Virus record (IMG/VR): IMGVR_UViG_3300018012_000099
Strand: one strand, 5' to 3'
Length of the DNA: 64,000 nucleotides
Source: a virus
Lineage: Duplodnaviria; Caudoviricetes
Shown here: positions 17,365-26,266 of the stretch, piece after piece
Layout of the letters: every line of letters starts with the position of its first letter
Position numbering within the stretch: position 1 is the first letter of the stretch
The notes under the pieces: generated by a model
The model's database searches: none
What the model was told of the DNA's origin: nothing
What the model saw: the letters and a program-made list of their open reading frames with translations, nothing else
Position numbers and translations under genes: made by a program

Positions 17365-17832
17365 ATGCCGTTCAAAGATCCAGCTAAAAGGAAAGCATAT
17401 CAAAAAGAGTGGGGAAAGAAAAATAATAAAAAAGTATGGGAGCGTAGAAAAAACAATCCTGCATATATTGCATATGCAAAATCATATATGAAAGAGTATA
17501 CAAAAGAGTATGGTCTAAAATATGAGAAAACTCCAAAGAGAAGGTTTGCATCAACTAAATGGCAATCTTCCAAAAGAGGTTTAGAGTTTTCTATTTCTCT
17601 GGAAGAGTTTATTTTTGAAATAGAAAAGCCTTGTGTTTATTGTAATAATCTTTTGGGAGAAAAATCTACATATGCATCAGGATTAGATAGAAAAGATAAT
17701 AATAAAGGCTATACAGTTGATAATATTTGTTCATGCTGCTGGGTTTGTAATTCTATAAAGGGAGAACACCTTTCATTCGAAGAGATGAAAGAGGTGGTCG
17801 ATCTTATATTAAAAATGAGGAAAATTAAATAA
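17365..17832 (+). mobile_element. HNH-like endonuclease downstream of the tRNA
   Basis: AGGAGG RBS; 'CVYC...GLDRKDNNKGYTVDNICSCCWVCNSIKG'. Confidence 0.8.
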
Positions 17833-18374
17833 TGGATGTTGATCTAACAACCAAATCACAATATCGTACAAGAATTAATAACTATATCAGAATACCGCAA
17901 ATTAGAGTTATTTTAAGTGATGGAACTAATGCGGGCATTATGAATACTAATGAAGCGCTTAAATTAGCAAAAGAGCAATCTTTGGATTTAGTTGAAATTA
18001 ATCCTACCGCTAAACCACCCGTCTGTAAAATTATGGACTTTGGTAAATATAAATACGAAGAAAAAAAGAAGGCTCAAGCTGCTAAGAAGAATCAATCGGT
18101 GCAAGAATTGAAAGAGCTTACTTTTCGTCCCAATACGGATCAAAATGATTTGAACCACAAATTAGAACAAGCCAAAGGCTTTCTTGCCGAAGGTAATAAG
18201 GTTAAATTTACCGTGCGTTTTAGGGGCAGAGAGATAACCCACTCTAATTTAGGTCGTGAAAAATTAGATTGGTGCGTTCAGCAACTACAAGGGTTGATTA
18301 CAGAGAAATCACAAATTTCTCTGGAAGGCAAGTTCATGAGCCTAATAGTATCTCCTGTCAAGCCGAGGGGTTAA
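17832..18374 (+). CDS. infC: Translation initiation factor IF-3
   Basis: 'RINNYIRIPQIRVI', 'LDLVEINPTAKPPVCKIMDFGKYKYE', 'KVKFTVRFRGRE'. Confidence 0.95.
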   Translation: MDVDLTTKSQYRTRINNYIRIPQIRVILSDGTNAGIMNTNEALKLAKEQSLDLVEINPTAKPPVCKIMDFGKYKYEEKKKAQAAKKNQSVQELKELTFRPNTDQNDLNHKLEQAKGFLAEGNKVKFTVRFRGREITHSNLGREKLDWCVQQLQGLITEKSQISLEGKFMSLIVSPVKPRG

Positions 18375-18377
18375 GAT

Positions 18378-18668
18378 ATGTTAAAAGAAATTGGAAAAAG
18401 TATATATGGCACTAAATATGCGATGCAGGGGATAATACCATTTAATCTTCCTCGCAATGTTGAATTAAAATGGGGAGATGTTATTATCGATAACGATGGT
18501 AAAGGAATGTGTATGTATGTCAATGAATGTTCTACCTGTCAAAAGAAGTTTTTAGGAGGAACACTTATTTGCGTTTTCTATGAATGCGAAGGGTGCTCTC
18601 GAGAGACGATTATGATGAGTTTAAGTCGTAAAGGAAAGTTAAGTGGTAAAGCTCCGAGCCAGCAATAA
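18378..18668 (+). CDS. Hypothetical Cys-containing protein
   Basis: 96-aa ORF with CSTC and CEGC. Confidence 0.45.
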   Translation: MLKEIGKSIYGTKYAMQGIIPFNLPRNVELKWGDVIIDNDGKGMCMYVNECSTCQKKFLGGTLICVFYECEGCSRETIMMSLSRKGKLSGKAPSQQ

Positions 18669-18685
18669 TACCACATTACTATAAC

Positions 18686-18760
18686 GTCCTCGTAGCCTAA
18701 AGGAGAGGCAGCAGTTTCCTAAACTGCTTTATGCTGGTTCGAGTCCAGTCGAGGACTCCA
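18686..18760 (+). tRNA. tRNA-Arg(CCU)
   Basis: Acceptor GTCCTCG/CGAGGAC, arm GCAGT-TTCCTAA-ACTGC, canonical TTCGAGT T-loop, encoded CCA. Confidence 0.93.
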
Positions 18761-18824
18761 CATAACTTCCAAACGGGTGATATAGTAGGTAATGAATTTT
18801 ACTATTCACTGATTTGGAGAAATT

Positions 18825-19031
18825 ATGTCAAACAAAAATTTAACTATTGATCTCAAGGCGAGACGTGATAAAGACGGCATGGTATTTTACGTAGGTAAAA
18901 TTAAAGCCCCAGTCATGATCGATTGTTCACAAGGTGTAGTTTTCTTAGCTTTCGTCTCTGATAGTGGTGATGAGCAACTACAAATTGCTCCCATGGATAA
19001 TTCTAAAGATAATAAAGAAATCGATGAGTAA
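18825..19031 (+). CDS. Hypothetical protein
   Basis: GGAG RBS; 68 aa. Confidence 0.6.
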   Translation: MSNKNLTIDLKARRDKDGMVFYVGKIKAPVMIDCSQGVVFLAFVSDSGDEQLQIAPMDNSKDNKEIDE

Positions 19032-19335
19032 TATGCACTTCGAAGAACTGTGGGAACAGTGCGAAAATCTTCATCAAGAGGCAAGTGGTGAGATAGCGGT
19101 TTCTATGCTATTAGATGAGCTATTGTTAAAGATTAATCTATATAAAGCTATCGATGCCAAAACTGACATTCCCGAGGAAGATCGTCAAAAAGCCAAATCT
19201 CGTGCATTAGGCGAGATTTTATTGACTTTGACACACATCTCGTTAAAAGACAATATTAACGTCTTTGAAGCGTTAGGAATAGCGTTTCAGTATCGCAGCG
19301 CTACTTTTTTTAATCAGAAGTATCAGACAACGTGA
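19024..19335 (+). CDS. Hypothetical, weak MazG-like (all-alpha NTP pyrophosphatase) resemblance
   Basis: 'LGEILLTLTHISLKDNINVFEAL' resembles the MazG C-terminal helix pattern. Confidence 0.35.
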   Translation: MSNMHFEELWEQCENLHQEASGEIAVSMLLDELLLKINLYKAIDAKTDIPEEDRQKAKSRALGEILLTLTHISLKDNINVFEALGIAFQYRSATFFNQKYQTT

Positions 19336-19721
19336 ACTTTATGTCCGCCCGAAATCTTTTGTGCTGCTTCCAACTTTTGGACGGCGGCGAGAACGGCATC
19401 ATAATTGGCTTGGGTAGCTTGACCAGCCTTAAAAGAAACATTAATCTGACCAGGCTCACCATAAGCAATGCTGGCAACTACGGTAGCCAAATTAGGATTT
19501 TCTGCTACTACTAAAGCTTGCAGATCTTGTTTGGCTGGCTGAGCTGGTTTCACATGTTGTGCTGGCGGAGCTCTAGGTGCCGGTGCACTTTGACCTGGGG
19601 TGAAAGTGGTTCCACTGGTTGGAGCAGCATCAGGCGGTAAGGCTTGGGCTAGTTTGGTGATAATTTTTTGCTGATTTTCAGCGATTTTCAATAGCTTCTC
19701 GAGAACTTTTTTCTGATCCAT
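19323..19721 (-). CDS. Hypothetical, P/A/Q-rich
   Basis: Basic leader ending KLAQ; GGAG RBS on the minus strand. Confidence 0.6.
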   Translation of the reverse strand: MDQKKVLEKLLKIAENQQKIITKLAQALPPDAAPTSGTTFTPGQSAPAPRAPPAQHVKPAQPAKQDLQALVVAENPNLATVVASIAYGEPGQINVSFKAGQATQANYDAVLAAVQKLEAAQKISGGHKVHVV

Positions 19722-19765
19722 ATCGTTACTCCTGGTGTATGTAATACTATCAAATTATGAGTAGT

Positions 19766-20215
19766 TTACTCCAAATCTTTTAGTGCCTGTTGCAATAAGT
19801 AAACTGATCCTTCACGATTGCTGGCAATTGCCATAACCATGTCGTCAAGACCTAATGTCAGCTTCCCCTCTTCCTCAAAGCAATTGTAGGCATCAGAGCT
19901 TAATTTAAGAAAATCTTTCTCGATGGCAAGCGACATCGCCAACGGTTCGCCTTCCAGCCCTTTATACTTCAATAGAATTTTGTTGAGCAGGTCGGCTTGC
20001 AATTGGTAGTTTAGGCAGCTGGCACCGAACAATCCAATAAACTTTTCAGCAGCCAAATCTAGATCTTCTAGGGCAGACTTGTAAATTCTCTCGAATAACA
20101 AATGATCGCCATAAAAATTATTTCCCTTAGAGGTCCAATGTGAATTTTGATGGATCAATGCTATGGCTTTTACAGTAGCTATGTAAAGTGCAGCAGTTTT
20201 AGAACACTTGTCCAT
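19766..20215 (-). CDS. Dps/ferritin-like protein
   Basis: 'HQNSHW..KGNNFYGDHLLFERIY...D..AEK' matches Dps ferroxidase helix motifs. Confidence 0.65.
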   Translation of the reverse strand: MDKCSKTAALYIATVKAIALIHQNSHWTSKGNNFYGDHLLFERIYKSALEDLDLAAEKFIGLFGASCLNYQLQADLLNKILLKYKGLEGEPLAMSLAIEKDFLKLSSDAYNCFEEEGKLTLGLDDMVMAIASNREGSVYLLQQALKDLE

Positions 20216-20270
20216 GGATGATCCGTCAGAAGTTGGGTAAACAGCAATAATATATAGTTTTATTGACAGT

Positions 20271-20876
20271 CTACACTAAAATAGTACGTTGAATACCATT
20301 TCGATCTATCTTAAAAGCGTACACTTGACCTTGTGGCACATTTCCTATTTGAGTAGAATAAGTGTAGAATTTTGGCGCCCATTTGGTAAGTGGCATATTA
20401 CAAATGACATATCCCAAGCCTCCTGAATAGGTTTGGTGTGGATGGGGAACAAAACTAACCTCTACATTGTTTATCAATTGTTCTATCCTGGTAATATGAG
20501 ATGGAATGCCACCATCAACCACTAAGCACCGAAAGCTGCCACCAAAGTCTATTAGCACTACGTTAGATCTTGCGCGCAACCAACCCTCTATCTTAGATTG
20601 GAGCGGATCTAATACATCCAGCGTACTGGCGTAGAGAAGATCTGTACCACCAATATTACAAACTACTTTACCCGTAGACAGTAATTGTTCTCGACGCTTT
20701 ATAGACGTTTCAACAGAATGATGATTATAATGATCAGAAGAAATGTGGTCATTTATTATTATCCAATCGAATTCTGGCAACATTTTCTCTAACTCATCCA
20801 ATTTATCCAATCTGTTGTAAATGGGTCCAACTACTAACACATTTTGTAAATTTTTTGGAAGAGTAAGTAAAGCCAT
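20271..20876 (-). CDS. Degenerate calcineurin-like metallophosphoesterase homolog
   Basis: Motif spacing is conserved but the ligands are changed: VVGPIYN (for GDIHG), GGTD (for GNHE), VVDGG (for VHGG). Confidence 0.45.
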   Translation of the reverse strand: MALLTLPKNLQNVLVVGPIYNRLDKLDELEKMLPEFDWIIINDHISSDHYNHHSVETSIKRREQLLSTGKVVCNIGGTDLLYASTLDVLDPLQSKIEGWLRARSNVVLIDFGGSFRCLVVDGGIPSHITRIEQLINNVEVSFVPHPHQTYSGGLGYVICNMPLTKWAPKFYTYSTQIGNVPQGQVYAFKIDRNGIQRTILV

Positions 20877-21055
20877 TATGTCGATTATAACCTGCGTTAA
20901 TTTTATTTAATATGCTGATGGAGTGTTCGAACTTTCTCTCGACAAAGTCGTGGGGGATCTAGTAGGGGGATTATAGTATAGGGGCACCAACTACCGATCC
21001 TTGGGGTATATTCAGTAATATGAAGAAGCCTAAGACTGTTGATATATAATTAAAT

Positions 21056-21769
21056 ATGAAAACGTGTACTGAATGTGGTATTGAAAAAGATGATGGTTAT
21101 TTCTATTCAAATAAAAGTAAATGTAAAGAATGCATATTAAAACAGCAGAAACTCTATAAATCTAGAAATAAAGACAATATCAGTAAAAGAAATAAGCAAT
21201 ATTACACAGATCATAAAGATGATATTTTAATACAACAAAAACAGTATATTGCTGATAATAAAGACAATAGAATGATTTATAATCAGCAATGGTATATCGA
21301 AAATAAAGAATATAAAAAAGAATATCATAAACAATGGTATATTGAAAATAAAATATCTATCATAAAGAAAGGTACTCAATATAAAACTAATAGAAGGGTA
21401 AATGATCCCATTTTTAAATTACGAGCGAATGTAAGCACAGCAATTTATACTGCTTTACATAAAATAGGGTTATCTAAGAATGGAAATTCAATATTAAAAT
21501 ATCTGCCTTATTCTATTAAAGAGCTAAAAGATCATCTCGAACGATTATTTGAACCGTGGATGAATTGGGATAATTGGGGACCCTATGATTCTAAGAGATG
21601 GGATGATAATGATCCTACTACTTGGACTTGGAATATAGATCATATTGTTCCGCACTCTACATTTAATTATACTTCAATGGAAGATCAATCATTTAGAGAT
21701 TGTTGGGCGTTAAGCAATTTACGTCCGTTATCAGCCAAACAAAATATAGAAGATGGCAATAGAAGATGA
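21056..21769 (+). mobile_element. HNH homing endonuclease, repeated family copy 2
   Basis: CTEC..CKEC, YxxNK repeats, 'WDNWG...WTWNIDHIVP...CWALSNLRPLSAKQN'. Confidence 0.88.
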
Positions 21770-22110
21770 AAAAAGAGAAAAAAGTAAAACCATTTTATTT
21801 TTCTGATCAAACTAATCAACAGGTAGTAGATCAGCTTAATATAGATTATCCTATTTCTTTAAAGTACAATAAAGATTTAGTTGAAAGAGTTTACCAAAGA
21901 TATCCACTGATTAATAAATCAGAAGTTGGTATTATTGTTAAGGCTGTATTTTCTAGCTTCCGTGATTTATTGATTCTGGGAAAAGTTCTCAATTTCAATA
22001 ATTTGTTTTTTGATACCAAATTATTAATATTTGGTCATCGCCGAGATGGACATATATTACCCGCTTTGAAGGTCCACATCTCAACCCCGCCCCCATTGAG
22101 AAAAAGATGA
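21766..22110 (+). CDS. HU/IHF-like DNA-binding protein (divergent)
   Basis: 'LVERVYQRYPLINKSEVGIIVKAVFSSFRDLLILGKVLNFNNLF' fits the HU helix-turn-beta layout. Confidence 0.5.
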   Translation: MKKEKKVKPFYFSDQTNQQVVDQLNIDYPISLKYNKDLVERVYQRYPLINKSEVGIIVKAVFSSFRDLLILGKVLNFNNLFFDTKLLIFGHRRDGHILPALKVHISTPPPLRKR

Positions 22111-22242
22111 AAAATTCAGATCAGAACCCACAAGAATATTGGTTAGTAGGTGAAACCTTCGTTTATCCAAAATTAAATAAAAGTAAGTTGAATTGTCTAC
22201 TTATTCAAAACCCAAATTTTATTATAGTTAAGCGTATAAACC

Positions 22243-22551
22243 ATGGAAAATAAAGAACAAGAAGAACAGCCGATTGAAGATGTCAAATTAGATTTGGACA
22301 AGATTCGTGCACTCATCCCTAAGTATACTTCTGAGAAGTTATGTGAAATGATCGTAGTGGATCGCTACTTTGGAATTAGTCCAGAGACTACTATTATGTG
22401 TATGGAAGAGCTAGCTTCTCGAAGAGCGGCTGGAGATACTTTTGCTTTCGAGAAATACATTGAAGAATCTCAGGATAAACTACCTTCACTCAATTTTACT
22501 ATTCCAGATTTACGCACTACTCTACAACAAATGATTAAGGTGAAGAAATGA
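22243..22551 (+). CDS. Hypothetical protein
   Basis: Operonic ORF; ATGA overlap with the next gene. Confidence 0.65.
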   Translation: MENKEQEEQPIEDVKLDLDKIRALIPKYTSEKLCEMIVVDRYFGISPETTIMCMEELASRRAAGDTFAFEKYIEESQDKLPSLNFTIPDLRTTLQQMIKVKK

Positions 22552-23084
22552 ATAAAGTGTTGACTGAAAATATTGTTCAACATATCTTCGCTAATCTCGG
22601 ATTGTTAGCAGCTTCCTTTATAGACTCTACACACACCCAATCTTTAATTGCTAAAGATTTTAAATTACAAGATAAGAAACTAACTTTCTTTCAGGATACA
22701 AAAGAGGTTTACAAACCTATCTACGGCTGTCAAGTAACTGTAGGTGAAAAAACTTTTAAGATTATGGTGGGAGATTGTTCTCAAGATCACGAGACCCCTG
22801 AATATTGTGTGGTAGTACAATTGACTGGTTTGCCTGCTTATGGTATGTATATGGTATGTGATCCGCATTCAGAAAGCGAAGCTTTAATTGCTGTCAGCGT
22901 GAATAATAAAGATTGGATGCCTTGTTCTATCTTTTTGCAGGCTACTTTACTGGCGGCGATGGAACAACTTCGTGATATTGGAATGGGTTGGAATAAATGC
23001 ACCAATTATCAACAGCATTATGAAATCTTAATTAGTATGATCAAATTCCATAATAATTATTATGAGGAAACTAATGAGAGGTAA
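22548..23084 (+). CDS. Hypothetical protein
   Basis: Operonic ORF. Confidence 0.65.
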   Translation: MNKVLTENIVQHIFANLGLLAASFIDSTHTQSLIAKDFKLQDKKLTFFQDTKEVYKPIYGCQVTVGEKTFKIMVGDCSQDHETPEYCVVVQLTGLPAYGMYMVCDPHSESEALIAVSVNNKDWMPCSIFLQATLLAAMEQLRDIGMGWNKCTNYQQHYEILISMIKFHNNYYEETNER

Positions 23085-23532
23085 AAAATCTGATCCTGAA
23101 TTTGTAAGTTATTTTATCTCTCAGTGCTTACAAAAAGGTATTATAACTACCGAAGAAATGGTTAAAGTAGCAAAACAAGATATTCAAAGCATTGATAATC
23201 AAATTATTGAGATAGAAAAACTAAAGATTACTCGTTCCAAATTATTGGATGTTATTCTAGCATTAGACAAACCAGAGTCGAAAGTCGAAGAAGCTAAATT
23301 ACTTCCTTTCTTCAAATTGCAATATCCACAAACTTGCCGTAAGATTTGCAAGCATGTGCTGGAGCTAGGTCCCGATTTAGCTTACTCCATTATGGGTCTC
23401 AAAGATCCTGAAGTGTTATTCTGTATCAAGCAATTGATTGAAGCTAAGATCATTGCTAGAGTAGAGAATCATTTAGTACGTGGTGATAAATTCGAGGAGT
23501 ACTTGAAATTTGTGTTACGTGAGGTAGGATGA
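23074..23532 (+). CDS. Hypothetical, coiled-coil plus possible winged helix
   Basis: GAGG RBS before ATG 23074. Confidence 0.55.
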   Translation: MRGKKSDPEFVSYFISQCLQKGIITTEEMVKVAKQDIQSIDNQIIEIEKLKITRSKLLDVILALDKPESKVEEAKLLPFFKLQYPQTCRKICKHVLELGPDLAYSIMGLKDPEVLFCIKQLIEAKIIARVENHLVRGDKFEEYLKFVLREVG

Positions 23533-23957
23533 TTATTTGTGTCAAAACACGTTTCGGTCGGATTCATATTGTTAACTGGACAACTTCTCGCGGCGTTCAT
23601 CATACGATATGTGGTAAATCTTTTTCTAACAAACGGCACGTAGAAACTTTTGCTGCCGACAATACGTTCTCTGGTATCTGTTCCAATTGTTATATCTGGC
23701 AAGTGGATTATGATTTAGAATCTGCGAATAATGAACCTCGTGATATTAAATTAGATCCGGTTATATCAAATAGTATTCATATTTACACTGGGGTACAGGG
23801 CGGTTGGGCAGGTCCCCAAGATAAGTTTGAGGATATGCTAGACCGTCGTAATTGGCCGAAGAAAAGTAGAATGCGTCGTAAATTTCCTAATGAAGAGACA
23901 ATTCATACTAAGAGATATAAAATTTATGAGTCATTTGGAAAAAATAAACGTAAGTAA
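23529..23957 (+). CDS. Hypothetical (H/C metal-binding)
   Basis: 'GRIH...HTICG...CSNC'. Confidence 0.5.
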   Translation: MIICVKTRFGRIHIVNWTTSRGVHHTICGKSFSNKRHVETFAADNTFSGICSNCYIWQVDYDLESANNEPRDIKLDPVISNSIHIYTGVQGGWAGPQDKFEDMLDRRNWPKKSRMRRKFPNEETIHTKRYKIYESFGKNKRK

Positions 23958-24264
23958 AAGAGATTTGTGGCGCTATGTTAATCGTAAGATTAAACGAATA
24001 ATACATTATTATCATGTGTTTGCGATTATTACTATTCTTTTTGAAGAAATGATAAAGGATTTGAAGCAGGGTAAGGTAATTAAAGTGTCCAACTTAGGAA
24101 CCATTACTTTGCAACCTACCAAGCCGCGATGGTATCATAATGTAAAATTACGCCAAATGGTATTATCGCCAGGATATCGTGTGATGCGATTTGTTTTAGC
24201 TCCTACGATTCATAAAAAATTGATTGAATTTCTAGACCTTGACAGAACGTTAAAAGGTGATTAG
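23926..24264 (+). CDS. HU/IHF-like DNA-binding protein; ends in TAG
   Basis: 'GKVIKVSNLGTITL...RWYHNVK.RQMV.SPGYRVMRF' HU arm pattern. Confidence 0.65.
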   Translation: MSHLEKINVSKRDLWRYVNRKIKRIIHYYHVFAIITILFEEMIKDLKQGKVIKVSNLGTITLQPTKPRWYHNVKLRQMVLSPGYRVMRFVLAPTIHKKLIEFLDLDRTLKGD

Positions 24265-24648
24265 ATGAGTGGAAGAAAAGGGGCACGTCAAACCGTTTTT
24301 GTATGTGCTGCAATTTCAAACAATAATGAACTGGTTATGCGAATAATTCCAGCAGAATCTCCTAAAGATGCTGCTGATTTATTTTTTCAACAAATTTCTT
24401 TATTACCCAAAGAGATTTTAGGTCCGTTTTTCAAGAAGAAAGTTCAAGTAATTGAGAACACGCGTGTTCTCAAGTTCACCGCCCAACAAAAGAGAGCAGT
24501 TTATAATGATTGGGTTGTAGACGCTTTCTTTTTACAAGAACCGGTGAATCAAGCATATTTGGTCTTTATCAAAAGGATAGATAATAAAAAAATACCACTA
24601 CCTAAAGGAACTATAACAGTTCCAATATCGGATTTGAGGTTTGAATAA
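24265..24648 (+). CDS. Hypothetical protein directly in frame after the HU amber stop
   Basis: ...GGT GAT TAG ATG AGT...; has its own AGGTG RBS. Confidence 0.65.
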   Translation: MSGRKGARQTVFVCAAISNNNELVMRIIPAESPKDAADLFFQQISLLPKEILGPFFKKKVQVIENTRVLKFTAQQKRAVYNDWVVDAFFLQEPVNQAYLVFIKRIDNKKIPLPKGTITVPISDLRFE

Positions 24649-25004
24649 TGATAAATAAAGTGTTTTTAAATAGGATAAAAGAATCTCTCCTACAACAAAA
24701 GAAAGAAATCTTAGCCCAGTCCCAACGGCAAGAACGAGATATAGACATGGATGGCGATGAAACAGATGCTATTCAAGGAAATATGCTAGCTGAGATGAAT
24801 AATCGTCTCGGTACTCGTGCTGTTGTTAAATTAAAACAAATTGAAGATGCTCTGTTGAGAATTGAAAAACAGACTTACGGTTTGTGTCAAGACTGTGGAG
24901 AAACTATCGCCGAAAAAAGACTCCTTCATAATCCACATTTTCTTATCTGTATTTCATGTGCTGAAGATCGTGAAGCAGAAGAGAAACAACGAAAGAGGTT
25001 GTAA
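24648..25004 (+). CDS. dksA: DksA/TraR C4 Zn-finger RNA polymerase-binding factor
   Basis: Coiled-coil tip 'GDETD', 'IEDAL.RI...TYGLCQDCGETIAEKRL...P...CISCAE'. Confidence 0.88.
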   Translation: MINKVFLNRIKESLLQQKKEILAQSQRQERDIDMDGDETDAIQGNMLAEMNNRLGTRAVVKLKQIEDALLRIEKQTYGLCQDCGETIAEKRLLHNPHFLICISCAEDREAEEKQRKRL

Positions 25005-25006
25005 TT

Positions 25007-25591
25007 TTGAATACATTAGTATTAGAACAGACTGAACATGGTGAGTATCCTGTTGATGTATACGCCAAACTATCTCAGGATCGTATTTTGTTCCTGAGCG
25101 AGCCGTTGCATGATGAATTAGCTGCCGACATGGTAGCTACTTTGCTTTTGAAAGATAGCGAAGACCCAGAGAAGAAGATTACTCTGTTCATCAATTCACA
25201 CGGTGGCGATATCCGTAATGCTTTCACCATCTATGACGTTATGCAGATGATTGATGCTCCAGTAGAAACTGTATGTACTGGCGCCGCCTTTGATGAGGCA
25301 GTCATTCTATTGTCTGGCGGTGCACCTGGAATGCGTTTGGTTACGCCTCATGCTGTTATTGCAGCTTCGCAATTACAGCCAGGATTACATATGCATACCG
25401 ATTTGCCAGGTGCTCAAGAACTGATGAAGCAATACAAACTAGATAACGATCGTTTGATGGAAATTTTAGCCAAGACTACTGACAAACCTATTACGCAGGT
25501 TCGAAAGGATTTTGACCGACGAGTCTTTATGAACGCTAAACAGGCGGTGAAGTATGGTTTCTGCGATCAGATCATTCAACTCAACAAGTAA
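25007..25591 (+). CDS. ClpP-family subunit lacking the catalytic Ser/His (ClpR-like)
   Basis: TTG start; 'DVYAKL..DRILFL', 'LFINSHGG'. It has AAFDEA where active ClpP has AAS, and ASQL where it has IHQP. Confidence 0.8.
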   Translation: MNTLVLEQTEHGEYPVDVYAKLSQDRILFLSEPLHDELAADMVATLLLKDSEDPEKKITLFINSHGGDIRNAFTIYDVMQMIDAPVETVCTGAAFDEAVILLSGGAPGMRLVTPHAVIAASQLQPGLHMHTDLPGAQELMKQYKLDNDRLMEILAKTTDKPITQVRKDFDRRVFMNAKQAVKYGFCDQIIQLNK

Positions 25592-25599
25592 GGTAAGTT

Positions 25600-26187
25600 A
25601 TGAGTAAGCAAAATCAAGAGCATGATCATATGCGATCTCCCATTTTAATGGGATATTCAGAGAGCTATGTCAAGATGACTAAAGACCGCGCCATCTTCAT
25701 TTCTGAAGGTGTCAGTGATCGAATGGGTGCTGATATGTCAGCTCTCATGTTGTATTACGATAGTCAAGATCATGATACCGAGATTAATGTATACATTCAT
25801 ACCGATGGTGGGGCTGCTACTGGTATGGCTAACATCTATGACGTGATGCAGATGGTGCATGCTCCTATTAAAACCATTTTATTAGGCAAGGCTTATTCTG
25901 CTGGTTCTTGGATTTTAGCAGCTGGCAGTAAGGGTAAACGTTTCGCTTTGCGCAGCTCTAAGGTGATGATTCATGGTACGCAATTCATTTTTCCTATTCC
26001 AGGATTTGATTTTTCTAATAGTAAGAATTATTTAGAATTCGTTAATGCTGATAATGATGCTATGTTTAAAATAATGGCAAAACATACTGGTCAGTCTTTT
26101 GAAAAAGTTAAATCAGATTGTCAAACAGAAAAATGGATGAGCGCTCAAGAATCTTTGGATTACGGTATTATAGACCATATTATATGA
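25600..26187 (+). CDS. clpP: ATP-dependent Clp protease proteolytic subunit
   Basis: 'LGKAYSAGS' (catalytic Ser), 'RFALRSSKVMIHG' (His), 'KWMSAQESLDYGIID'. Confidence 0.9.
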   Translation: MSKQNQEHDHMRSPILMGYSESYVKMTKDRAIFISEGVSDRMGADMSALMLYYDSQDHDTEINVYIHTDGGAATGMANIYDVMQMVHAPIKTILLGKAYSAGSWILAAGSKGKRFALRSSKVMIHGTQFIFPIPGFDFSNSKNYLEFVNADNDAMFKIMAKHTGQSFEKVKSDCQTEKWMSAQESLDYGIIDHII

Positions 26188-26266
26188 TGTTGTGGAGTCA
26201 TTGATGTCTTTGCTAAATCAGAGGCATCAATGTTTATCTTAAATATGAATAATTTCGTATCGTTTC

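Noticed and set aside
19563-19574. Second RAPP motif inside the minus-strand protein 19323-19721
   Set aside because: It lies mid-protein in a Pro/Ala low-complexity linker (APAPRAPPAQ) with no linked SD hairpin or stop, so it is likely chance.
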